A model generated the notes under the pieces. It ran no database searches. It was given only the letters and a program-made list of their open reading frames with translations, and was not told the origin of the DNA. DNA of 64,000 bases from Schizosaccharomyces osmophilus (taxonomy: Eukaryota). Positions 45,340 through 55,514 of this stretch are shown here, piece by piece (the first letter of the stretch is position 1; each line of letters opens with the position of its first letter). Both the position numbers and the translations under genes were made by a program. Location: assembly GCF_027921745.1 (NCBI RefSeq), contig NC_079239.1, positions 992,001 through 1,056,000 on the forward strand, given 5' to 3'.

Positions 45340-47151
45340 ATGTCTGTAGAAATTGATGGAAATCCATCTTTTGACGATAAATCAGCAAAGAATAAAAAAT
45401 TAAAAAAGCGGAAAAGAAAAGATGAAGAGAAAAATTCAGAGTCTGATGCTGCCACGTCAACAATTGAGCGTTTAAAGAAGTCAGCTAGTCTTTCCCAAGC
45501 AGCTCAACAGGAAATCAAAAAAAAGAGTGGGAATGAACCGGAAACAGATGTAGAAATGCAAGATGTGGAACAGAATATGCCGTTACATGACCTAACACCA
45601 ATTCCTCAACCTGATATTGATGAACATCTAGAAGAAAAGTCTTTTTCTACTCCCTCTGTTGTTTCCTCTCTTCCAAAGTGGCTATCGCAGCCTATTTTGG
45701 TGGATCCTACTACTACTATCGAAGTTGCATCCCTAAACATCGATAGTAAGCTCGTGGAAAAACTGAATAATCAAAACATTACCCGCGGGTTTGCGGTGCA
45801 ATCATCGGCTCTTCCATTGTTATTAAATGAAGGAAGAGACGGGCCCAACTATACTTATGGAGGTGATCTTTGTGTCAGTGCTGCTACGGGTAGTGGTAAG
45901 ACCCTTGCATACGTTCTTCCTATCGTTCAGTGTCTAAGCAGGCGTATTGTTCCTCGTGTACGATGTGTTGTTATTGTCCCCACTCGTGAGTTAACCATTC
46001 AGGTTACTCGTACGTTTGAAACTATCGGTTCCTGTATGGGGCTTGGAGTTTGTGGATGGACCGGACAAAAGAACTTGCAGCAAGAACAATATCAAATGCT
46101 TGGGGGTTTAGATGGAAGTGGAAGCACAGTGGATATTTTAGTGACAACTCCAGGGCGTTTGGTTGATCACATACAAAACGACAATACCTTCACTTTACAG
46201 CACCTACGTTATCTAGTTATCGATGAAGCGGATCGACTTTTAGACCAGAGTTTTCAAAGTTGGGCTGATGTTGTTATGACAGAAATCGATCACCCAAAGT
46301 GTCTGCAGATGATGGATAACGAGACTTCAAGTCAAAAACAAAATGTAGCCCCATACTTCCTCTCATCATTACCTACCGCTTTACCTCATCATTTGGATTC
46401 CCCTTTACAAAAGCTTGTTTTTTCTGCAACCATGACTCGTGATCCATCTAAGGTTGCAACTCTTCGTCTGCGAGACCCCCGCTTGCTACTTGTGCAAAGC
46501 GAAGGTGTAGATATCGATGATGGAGAAGAGATTGAAGGAGACGCAATTATTTTTTCTGTTCCTCCTACCTTGAAAGAATATCGTGTTTCGGTCAGTGCGG
46601 AGAAGCCTATTCTTTTGCATCAACTTATCCATTCAAACAATCTCAACAATGTTCTTTGCTTTGTTAAATCGAATGAAGGTGCTGCTCGTTTGCACCGCTT
46701 GCTTGAGATTATTAATGGTATTGAAGGAAAAAACTACCCATGTGGTCTGGTTTCGGGTAATCTTTCTCGTGATGAACGGAAAAAGATGCTTAATGGGTTT
46801 GCCTCAGGTGAATTAAAACTTTTGGTATGTTCAGACTTGATGGCTCGTGGTATAGATGTTGCCAATATAGAGCATGTAATTAACTACGATCCTCCGTCGA
46901 GTCTTCGTCGGTATGTCCATAGAATTGGTCGTACTGCTCGTGCTGGAAGAAACGGCTATGCTTGGACACTTGTGCAAGACCACGAAGGTCATCACTTTTC
47001 GAAGCTAGTCAAGCATTTAGGAAGAACACTTCCTCTTCAACGCCTCAGTTTGCATCTGAAAGATTTGCCTGAGGAGAATGTCGAATTGTATGACAATGCT
47101 CTGAATACGCTTCGCACAGAGGTATACGAGTCACGGAAAAGCTCAAAGTAA
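45340..47151 (+). CDS. dbp6: DEAD-box RNA helicase Dbp6/DDX51
   Basis: AATGSGKT, PTREL, TPGRLVDH, DEADRLL, SAT, ARGID, YVHRIGRTARAG. Confidence 0.92.
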   Translation: MSVEIDGNPSFDDKSAKNKKLKKRKRKDEEKNSESDAATSTIERLKKSASLSQAAQQEIKKKSGNEPETDVEMQDVEQNMPLHDLTPIPQPDIDEHLEEKSFSTPSVVSSLPKWLSQPILVDPTTTIEVASLNIDSKLVEKLNNQNITRGFAVQSSALPLLLNEGRDGPNYTYGGDLCVSAATGSGKTLAYVLPIVQCLSRRIVPRVRCVVIVPTRELTIQVTRTFETIGSCMGLGVCGWTGQKNLQQEQYQMLGGLDGSGSTVDILVTTPGRLVDHIQNDNTFTLQHLRYLVIDEADRLLDQSFQSWADVVMTEIDHPKCLQMMDNETSSQKQNVAPYFLSSLPTALPHHLDSPLQKLVFSATMTRDPSKVATLRLRDPRLLLVQSEGVDIDDGEEIEGDAIIFSVPPTLKEYRVSVSAEKPILLHQLIHSNNLNNVLCFVKSNEGAARLHRLLEIINGIEGKNYPCGLVSGNLSRDERKKMLNGFASGELKLLVCSDLMARGIDVANIEHVINYDPPSSLRRYVHRIGRTARAGRNGYAWTLVQDHEGHHFSKLVKHLGRTLPLQRLSLHLKDLPEENVELYDNALNTLRTEVYESRKSSK

Positions 47152-47744
47152 TACTGAATCTTTCGAGAGAAGAAAAAAACAAAACTATTGGATTAGAAAC
47201 ATATTTATATAAATTGGTTTATTTTGGGGAAATTAGTTTTCATTGCTAAGTTTTGTAGATTAATTCTATTTCACTTTTGGACGGATCCGGATGGTTGGAG
47301 AATGTCTTTGCATTAAAACATTTTATTGAACAGGAAATAAATAAATAAAAAATCATTTATTACGCATCATAACATCTTATATAAATTCTGTCTGCTTCCT
47401 TTCATATAAACCGGCTTGATATCTTCATACATTGATATAAAGCACTAAAACTAACTTTATGTGAATCGTAAGAAGAGTAAAAAAAAAAATTAACAAGAAA
47501 GAAGCCAGCAATTACTTTGGTAGCCGTTTTCATCTACCTTCCTACATGTCGGAGACAATCCATGAAATGATATCTATCGATGGGTATCAATTGACCAGGA
47601 TGTCAAGGTAGATAGCTTTGAAAGAACACCGGATGAGGCTAGCGTAAAATTGTAAAAGGGTTGGAGCACACAAACTTTCCTTCTACCATTACCAAAACTT
47701 TTCTAGTCAAGAACTTGCCTGTTTATTGAGTGAATCTACCCAAG

Positions 47745-48101
47745 ATGAATCAACCGGCATTTACAGCACACGTTTTGGATACAACTAGAGGTGTTCCTGC
47801 AGAAAATATATCAGTTTCTGTTTTTAAAATCAACCATTCGGGCACAACACTTGCACAAGAGCAACTTGCTACGGCGACAACCAACACCAACGGCCGTGTT
47901 GGTCAATGGAACGTACCATTGAAAGAAGTTGAATCTGGAATTTACAAGTTTCGCTTTGAGACAGGTCCTTATTATGATGCTCTGTCAGTGGAAACCTTTT
48001 ATCCGTATGTCGAACTCACAGTTCATATTAAGAAGGGCCAACATTATCACATTCCACTTCTGCTATCCCCATTTGGATTTACTACGTATCGCGGCTCTTA
48101 A
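47745..48101 (+). CDS. 5-hydroxyisourate hydrolase (transthyretin-like)
   Basis: HVLDTTRGVPA, NGR, FYPYV, HYHIPLLLSPFGFTTYRGS (YRGS signature). Confidence 0.95.
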   Translation: MNQPAFTAHVLDTTRGVPAENISVSVFKINHSGTTLAQEQLATATTNTNGRVGQWNVPLKEVESGIYKFRFETGPYYDALSVETFYPYVELTVHIKKGQHYHIPLLLSPFGFTTYRGS

Positions 48102-49243
48102 ACTGCCAAAGACGCCAAACGATTTAGAAGCTTCTGTCCTAGCAACAACTGTCCTTGAAGGATCGGAATGACAAAAAAAATTGCCAATCATATGAACTAG
48201 AAATCAACGGAAAAAATATTCCATGATGGCCCATACAAACTGAAAGTATGACACCTGCGTGTTCAATGAATGACCAAACAGGAAAAACATTACCCGATGC
48301 TTGGTAATGCTACTTTGAGCTAGAAGACATCATTTGTTTTTACGAAAAGCTCAAGCGCTAGAATTGATGTAAAAGTTGCCAAAAGTTGTTTGAAAATATG
48401 TAGCGATAGGAAAAGATTATTATATTCTATATCCCTTTTCAAATGAAAACAACCTAGCAACAATGTTTCCATGGATGGTTGTTTCCCTCGTTTAAACACT
48501 TGACAATTCTACAGTGGATAACAAAAGTCTACTTTGATGTGCATGATGAAGCTGCTATAAAAAACACAACATCAAATTTTAAATTTTTTATGGCAGCATC
48601 CAGTGCGAACAGAGTGGAAAGGAGCTATGAATCTTTGTGATGCTGATTCCCCAAAAGATATGAATGAAACTAATAATCCACCGGATTTATTCAAAGATCA
48701 TCCTATTTAATGCAGGGTTCGTTTGGAAATAAATCTTACGAATTCTTTATCATCAAAGAAAACCTCATAAACAGTCTACACTTGGGCCCTTTGGATAAGT
48801 ACCCTTTCTGATCGTGTATATAAAAAACTTCCAGTTTAATTTTTTCATTTGTTTATTTTTCTCTCATATTTTATATTTTCCCAAATGACTCACCAAGAAA
48901 TCCCTCAAATCTGATTTTTTGTGTCATATATCGGACGCAGATTTGAAGACAAGTCACTATCACACATCCTTTCATAATGATGCCCTATTTGATGGGATTT
49001 TGTTCAAAGATAAAAAGAGAAAAATTTCAAGGAAAAACGTTCAGAATTGGATAGTGAAAGTGATAAGCGCGTGAAAGTTTAGATTGTAAATATTACTTAA
49101 ACAGGCGAAAAGAAAGACTTTTCCATTCGGCACTTTCTTTTAAGTAATTGGAATTCTTTTTTTTTTGGGATATTTTTGTTTGTGCACAACAAAAGTCTAG
49201 AAGTTCTTCTCACAATTTCCTTCTCTTATTCAATTTTGTCAAG

Positions 49244-50299
49244 ATGATGTCCTTTCTTAAATTTCTTGTCTCAGCTTTGACTGTAACTTCTGCTGTGCTA
49301 CCTGCTTCTGCAGGTCTCATCAGCAAACGTGATGTAGTCAAGCCTAAAGTGATGGTTATATCGATGTTTGCTCCCGAAGCTGATGCTTGGTTAAACCCTT
49401 GGAATGATTTGTATGCAAATAATATCACTGTTCCTGGTTTAAATACTCTCTTTCCCGAAGTGCACTGCAACACAGAACAGAGTGTATGCCAGGTTACAAC
49501 TGGTGAGGGTAAATCCAATGCTGCTAGTTCGATGACGGCTCTGACTGTAAGTCCCAAATTTGATTTGTCTGAAACTTTCTTCATCGTCTCCGGTATTGCT
49601 GGTATAAACCCTTATGCTGCTTCTCTTGGTTCTGTCAGCATTGCCAAATTTGCTGTTGATGTCGATTTGGTTCAAACTATTGATCTCCGTGAACTGCCAA
49701 AACAATATCAATCGGCAGGCTGGGAAATTGGTACCGATCCTTATGGTGATGGCACTTCAAACAACGAAGTCGTTTACCCCACAACATTTGATTACCAAAC
49801 CAATCTTTATCAATTGAACACCACCTTGATTGAAGCTGCGCTTGAAATTATCAAGGATGTTGTTCTTGAGGACAGTGAAAAGGCTGCCGAATATCGTAAG
49901 AAATACGAGGAAACTCCTGCTCAACGCGCTCCTTTTATTCTTCAATGCGATACTGCCACCAGTGACAACTACTGGGCCGGTAATTATATGGGAGATTTTG
50001 CCAGTAACATTACAAACGTCCTTACCAACTACACCGGTCATTATTGTACTTCCCAACAAGAGGATAGTGCTTCCCTTACCGCTATCAAGCGTGCCGCTGG
50101 TTCTGATTTGACCGACTTTAGCCGTGTCATTGTCATGCGTTCTGGTTCTGATTTTGACCGTGGCACCGGATCCATATCTGCTCTTGACAATCTGTTAAAA
50201 GGCAACGGTCATACTCTTTCTCTTGCTGCTGCTAACCTGTACCATGCAGGTAAACCTTTGGTGGATCACATTGTCAACAACTGGTCTTATTGGAACTAA
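49244..50299 (+). CDS. NUP-family ('purine nucleoside permease') protein with signal peptide
   Basis: KPKVMVISMF, TTGEGKSNAA, GIAGINP, MRSGSDFDR. The N-terminus has a signal peptide ending near ASA, then ISKR. Confidence 0.85.
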   Translation: MMSFLKFLVSALTVTSAVLPASAGLISKRDVVKPKVMVISMFAPEADAWLNPWNDLYANNITVPGLNTLFPEVHCNTEQSVCQVTTGEGKSNAASSMTALTVSPKFDLSETFFIVSGIAGINPYAASLGSVSIAKFAVDVDLVQTIDLRELPKQYQSAGWEIGTDPYGDGTSNNEVVYPTTFDYQTNLYQLNTTLIEAALEIIKDVVLEDSEKAAEYRKKYEETPAQRAPFILQCDTATSDNYWAGNYMGDFASNITNVLTNYTGHYCTSQQEDSASLTAIKRAAGSDLTDFSRVIVMRSGSDFDRGTGSISALDNLLKGNGHTLSLAAANLYHAGKPLVDHIVNNWSYWN

Positions 50300-50438
50300 G
50301 CGTGCTTTTCTTGGTATCTTCATTCTCTCGTTACCGCCCAAAAGAAAGCTTTTTAATTATTCTATCGTTATTATGTCTGTATTTTTTACTCTATTATGAA
50401 TAAATCTAATCAAATTATCCCATAATACTATCCTTTCT

Positions 50439-50552
50439 ATATGCTTTTATTGGGGAAAAGAGCATATGCAAATTTTGTCGCATATCCAATCGATAGTACC
50501 ATAATTTTCTGAATAAAATTTGCATATGCTCTTTTCCCTTATAAAAGCATAT
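50439..50552. repeat. Near-perfect inverted repeat with 38-bp arms and a 38-bp spacer
   Basis: 50439-50476 ATATGCTTTTATTGGGGAAAAGAGCATATGCAAATTTT versus 50515-50552 AAAATTTGCATATGCTCTTTTCCCTTATAAAAGCATAT; 36 of 38 positions are complementary. Confidence 0.93.
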
Positions 50553-52183
50553 GCTTACTGAATGGATTCAAAGATTAAGTGAACTTTTATGGAAGCATTA
50601 TATGGTTGTAAACATGTGAATATGCTTGAGTACTTTGCTGAAGTGACTCGTTTGAGTTCATTGTTAGATGCAGTACCTGGTGCCAGGAAGCAAGTTTGAT
50701 ATTTGTGTCTAGTAATTTTAAGAGTCCACATTACTCTGCAACACTACTGAAGGGATTATTGTACATTAGCAAATTTTTATAAGCAAAGCTTCAAGCGTTG
50801 TTATCATTCTAAAAAATAAGCGAAGTATTGGAAACGAAAAAAAAAAAAAAAAAAAAGATCGAATACTGAAATTAGTAAAGCTCATTAGGTACAAAGAAAG
50901 AGACATCTTGAATTCTTTCCCTTATCCCCCCTCCCTTTTTTTTAGTAGCTATATAAACACAAGTCTAATGTTGACATTCAAAAGTAAAAACTGCTGCCCA
51001 ACAAAGAAACTTGGTTTATACATCTATAGATACGATCCATAAATGCCAGTTACAATTTATGCACTGAGCCAGCCAGAAGCAATTAAAGAAAACCAACCCG
51101 AGTAAAAGTTTCTTGTTGAGCACTTGAGCAGTTTGATTACAATTTGGTAATTGTATTTTCCTTGTATGGCAAAGTAAGACAGGCATGAATATAAACCCTT
51201 CAATTGATAGCTTGAGCATCGAATCCATTTGGACGAATTGCTGAATTCCTTCCTAAGTCCCTATAATCACTAGCATATGAAGCTTTATAATAAAAAGGGT
51301 TACACCAAATTAGAAAAGAAAATGGAAAAAATGAAAAAAGACGTCTAGTCCATTTGGTTGTGGCACTCAGTTAAATCATAAATGAAAAGACAACATCACC
51401 GTTACAAACTCCCACGCCTTCACAAGATAAAGCATCTAGGCGGATTCCAATACGGCGTTTAAATTCTGGCATGTCTAACAAATGAGTTCATCTCCGGCTT
51501 TCTGTTACCGTTCGGAAACAGGCATCTTTCTTGACCATCGATTGGGAATAAACAAAAGATTTAGAAATTACTAAAGTTCGGATATCCATTTCGGCTAAAA
51601 GTCCTTGCAATTGTGCTTTTAGACTGATCCCTTCGATGTTTTATACAAAAACCGGAATCATAACCTGCAATCTCTTAATCCGTGGCTTGATGATGCTTTT
51701 CATTTATCAAGCTCTTGATCATCTACGAAAGACATTCCTATGAAATAGTATTGTTCTTTATTATTGCCAAGTAAAGCAAATTCACTTGCTCGTTTTTGCG
51801 TTTATGTGTTATATGTATGGATTCAATCTGTATCGAAATATCATGCCATGATATTTCTTCTGTAAGCTTCAATGGTATTTTTTTAAGAAACCTTGTGATG
51901 TAAACCCCTTTAGGAGGATTCTGTTTTTGGATCAGGCTTCCGAAAGGAAAACTGCTATCCTAAGATACGTACACAAAGTGTAATTCAAATAAAATGAAAA
52001 ACATTTCTTCCATGAAAACTGATTCGTGGACCCGCAAACAGAGATCCACTGGATTCGGGTATTGGCACAATGGCATGCCACTTGGAAATTATAAAAGGCG
52101 CTCTTCTGGCAACTTTTCAATAAGATCCTAAGCAAAATCAAAAAGTAAAGCGATCTCTGTTTTCCTCGTAACTTTTCTTCGAA

Positions 52184-53224
52184 ATGTCAACTAACAAAAT
52201 CACTTTCATTACCAATTGGGAAGCAACTCCTTATCACTTGCCAATTTTTGTTGCTCAGGCACGTGGTTATTTCAAAAATGAGGGCATTGAAGTCGCCATT
52301 TTGGAACCAACTGATCCTTCAGACGTTACTGCTTTAATCGGCTCTGGCAAGGTGGACATGGGCCTCAAAGCCATGATTCATACATTGGCTGCAAAGGCTC
52401 GTGGATTTCCTGTTACTAGTTTTGGTTCTTTACTTAACGAGCCCTTCACCGGTTTGATTACCTTGAAGGGAAACGGCATTCATAACTTTAAGGACATCAA
52501 GGGCAAGCGTATAGGTTATGTCGGTGAATTTGGAAAGATACAATTAGACGACTTGTGTAGTAAGTTTGGACTTTCTCCCTCGGATTATACAGCTATTCGT
52601 TGCGGAATGAACATCGCTCCGGCCATCATTAGTGGTGAAATCGATGGCGGTATCGGCATTGAATGTATGCAACAAGTACAGCTCGAGAGATGGTGTATTT
52701 CTCAAGGACGTCCTCGTTCTGATGTTGAAATGCTTCGTATCGATCGACTCGCGGAATTGGGTTGCTGTTGCTTCTGTTCAATCCTCTATATTGCTCATGA
52801 TGACTTTATCGCGAAGAATCCCGATAAAATTGGTTCCTTCTTACGAGCTATCCGTTCTGCTACTCTTTCCATGCTTGAAAACCCTGTACAGGCCTATAAG
52901 GAATTTACAAGCTTCAAACCTGAAATGGGTCTTGAGCTGCACCGTGAACAATTCGAGCGATGCTTTGCCTATTTCTCTCGCGACATCTCCAATGTCCCAA
53001 GAGACTGGAACAAAGTTACTAATTATTCGAAGCGTCTCGGACTTGTTCCCCAAGATTTTGAACCAAATTGTACGAACGGATATTTGACATGGGAGCTTGA
53101 CCCCGATGAGAAAGATCCTATGGGCAAGCAAGAAGTTATCGCTGAAATACAAGACGGCATCAAGGAAAATGGTGGAGTATTTAGTGGAAATCCTCTTCGC
53201 TACGTCGAACCTGCCACAGTATAA
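52184..53224 (+). CDS. nmt1: HMP-P synthase (Thi5/Nmt1), thiamine biosynthesis
   Basis: MSTNKITFITNWEATPYH, K62 and H66 (LKAMIH), GYVGEFG, CCCFC. TATAAAA is at 52090. Confidence 0.98.
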   Translation: MSTNKITFITNWEATPYHLPIFVAQARGYFKNEGIEVAILEPTDPSDVTALIGSGKVDMGLKAMIHTLAAKARGFPVTSFGSLLNEPFTGLITLKGNGIHNFKDIKGKRIGYVGEFGKIQLDDLCSKFGLSPSDYTAIRCGMNIAPAIISGEIDGGIGIECMQQVQLERWCISQGRPRSDVEMLRIDRLAELGCCCFCSILYIAHDDFIAKNPDKIGSFLRAIRSATLSMLENPVQAYKEFTSFKPEMGLELHREQFERCFAYFSRDISNVPRDWNKVTNYSKRLGLVPQDFEPNCTNGYLTWELDPDEKDPMGKQEVIAEIQDGIKENGGVFSGNPLRYVEPATV

Positions 53225-53445
53225 GCGTGAACATTATGAAAGCCTATATACTCTTTGTAGTCTAATGAATTATATCTTTTCACATTCTTTTCTTGTTTGT
53301 ATGCACAAGTTAATGCCATAATATAGTGGGACCAAATCGGAATAGAAAAAATACCACGATTCAATCGTTGAAATAAATACTCTAGTACCTTAGTTTCATT
53401 TTATTGTTGTATAGTTAGAAAATAAGGAAAAAGAAAAAAAGATTT

Positions 53446-53517
53446 TGCCCACACCAGGAATCGAACCTGGGTCGCATCGGCCACAACGATGAGTCTTAAC
53501 CACTGGACCATGTGAGC
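53446..53517 (-). tRNA. tRNA-His(GTG), copy A
   Basis: GCTCACATGGTCCAGTGGTTAAGACTCATCGTTGTGGCCGATGCGACCCAGGTTCGATTCCTGGTGTGGGCA on the minus strand, followed by T7. Confidence 0.96.
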
Positions 53518-54126
53518 TTGTTGAGACTCTACAATTAGAAGCATTATTTGTAGTATCTTAGCACATGTCAAATTTCTTTTGTTGTTTAATTACTGACAAG
53601 TTACTGTATCCTGCAATCGAATTTACTTTTTGATTGGTTTTTATAATAATTGATGCTGAACTCGGCACCAGAATTATGCACATTTCAAGGATTTTAATGC
53701 ATAGGACTATTGGAAGCTATTTACTAAAGAAGCCTCAAACTTGATAGTTGACAATTTACACAAACTCTTTCATCACGCGTATGTTATTTCTCAATTCAAT
53801 ATGTGTAAAATAGCAGCAAAAATACTACAATTAAACAATGGATATATGGTTTTCAATATTCATTCTTCGAATGAATGAATATGTAGACGCCTAAGCTAAA
53901 CAAAATTCATTAAGGTAATCCGGCATTCGATAAAATTTGGCAACACACTTTGCGATTAGAGTTTCACTTAATGATATATGCCCGTTTAAACAGAACACTA
54001 TCATCCAAAAACTGGAATAAAAATGAAGTAAAAAAAAAAAAAATAAACAAAAAAATCTCAGTAAACACATAACATTTCTGTCAAATTGCAGTTATTTTTA
54101 TTTTAGTAAATGCTACTATCATACAA

Positions 54127-54198
54127 GCTCACATGGTCCAGTGGTTAAGACTCATCGTTGTGGCCGATGCGACCCAGGTTCGATTCCTGGTGTGGGCA
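54127..54198 (+). tRNA. tRNA-His(GTG), copy B (identical to copy A)
   Basis: The same 72-nt sequence on the plus strand, followed by T7. Confidence 0.96.
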
Positions 54199-54355
54199 AA
54201 ATCTTTTTTTCTTTTTTCCCTATTTTCTTTGGGGAAGATAAAAAGACGTTATTTCAAAAAAATAGTCAGACATTAATACAGGAATGCGCAACTCGAATAT
54301 GCAACTAGAAGTAAAGGGTGTCTTGAAGTCAGCATAATATATAAGATTAACTATT

Positions 54356-55501
54356 TTAATCTAAAGGACTATTCAATAAGTACTTTATGCACCTCTGACG
54401 ATCTTTCCAAAGCTGCAGAATACATTTTTGCATATAGTTCTCGCTCTTTTGTTCATCCAGTTTGCCAGCCTTTTCTTCAACGACTTTCAAAAGAAGGTTT
54501 AAATATTTATTCCATAATTCTTGAACCATAGGGAGTTCTCGGCTGCCGTCTGAAAACCCATTCATGTATTGCAATAGCCTTCTGGTGGCATCACAACTAG
54601 AGTCTAATAAATCAGTAGGATTCGATATAAGCATGACCCGCAAAGCAACTAATGTGCGAAACGAGGGACCATCCATAGAAAAGGTATAGTCGTTCCAGTA
54701 GTAATGGCCGTCTAAAAACTTTTCTTGCTGCTCCGTAAAAGAAAACTCATTGTCCAAATTAAAATGATTGAATGGATTTATACTTAAGCAAAACCCATAC
54801 TCAGAGAATAACTGGTCATTTCCATGGCCTCCGTAGCGCAAGTATAATTGCTCGTCTTTTTCAATAGCACGCTTTGCTATGATAGAGATACCAGTGCGAC
54901 TTCTCTGTAGGTCCGTTTGTGCATCCAAAGAATGATTGAAATATTCAAACACGGGTGCCAATGTTAACTGTTCATCAACCGAACTTGGGGATATCTTATA
55001 GTATAAACATCTGGTATTTACGCAAAGCCAAGCCCACTGAAATACTGTCCAGTCCACCTTCTCAAACTTTGATACATTCTGGTAATCTTGTAATAAGGAT
55101 TGTTTCCTTTCAAGAATTAGCTTTTGTACATCTTTGGGCACATTGGGCCACAAAGGATCATCCGCAGAGAGCATTACCGGATGCCATGAAAAGTCCTGCG
55201 GCAACGCTTCGATGTAGTATGGCCATTGATCCATGCCAGTACTCTTTCCTTTACATATAAGCCAGGATAGAAACTGAAAGGAAGTTAACTGTTTCGCAAA
55301 TGGACAACTTGAGTAAGTGGTTTTGTTAATTAACACATTTCTAGGTAAAGAAAGCAAAACTTCGCCTGCTTCAATTCGTCCTGCACTTGTAATACAACTT
55401 CCGGCGTCTGGGATCACGGAAAACTGTAAGAAGGGATGAACGCGAGCACCTTGTTCCTTTACCCATGAAACTTCTGTAAGAATTTTCGAATTCCAATTCA
55501 T
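54356..55501 (-). CDS. set11: SET-domain ribosomal protein lysine methyltransferase (Rkm2-like)
   Basis: WAWLCVNTRCLY, LAPVFEYFNHS, LYLRYG.H.N..LFSEYGF. Confidence 0.88.
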   Translation of the reverse strand: MNWNSKILTEVSWVKEQGARVHPFLQFSVIPDAGSCITSAGRIEAGEVLLSLPRNVLINKTTYSSCPFAKQLTSFQFLSWLICKGKSTGMDQWPYYIEALPQDFSWHPVMLSADDPLWPNVPKDVQKLILERKQSLLQDYQNVSKFEKVDWTVFQWAWLCVNTRCLYYKISPSSVDEQLTLAPVFEYFNHSLDAQTDLQRSRTGISIIAKRAIEKDEQLYLRYGGHGNDQLFSEYGFCLSINPFNHFNLDNEFSFTEQQEKFLDGHYYWNDYTFSMDGPSFRTLVALRVMLISNPTDLLDSSCDATRRLLQYMNGFSDGSRELPMVQELWNKYLNLLLKVVEEKAGKLDEQKSENYMQKCILQLWKDRQRCIKYLLNSPLD

Positions 55502-55514
55502 GAGAAGCGGCGAT

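Noticed and set aside
51016..51228. 70-aa ATG ORF on the minus strand between NUP and nmt1 (wtf relic?)
   Set aside because: Short, with no recognisable wtf features or exon structure; cannot be supported without a search.
51895..52183. TPP riboswitch upstream of nmt1 (as in Neurospora NMT1)
   Set aside because: No CTGAGA motif, no aptamer stems and no 5' intron. The CCCTTT...GATCAGG resemblance is superficial.
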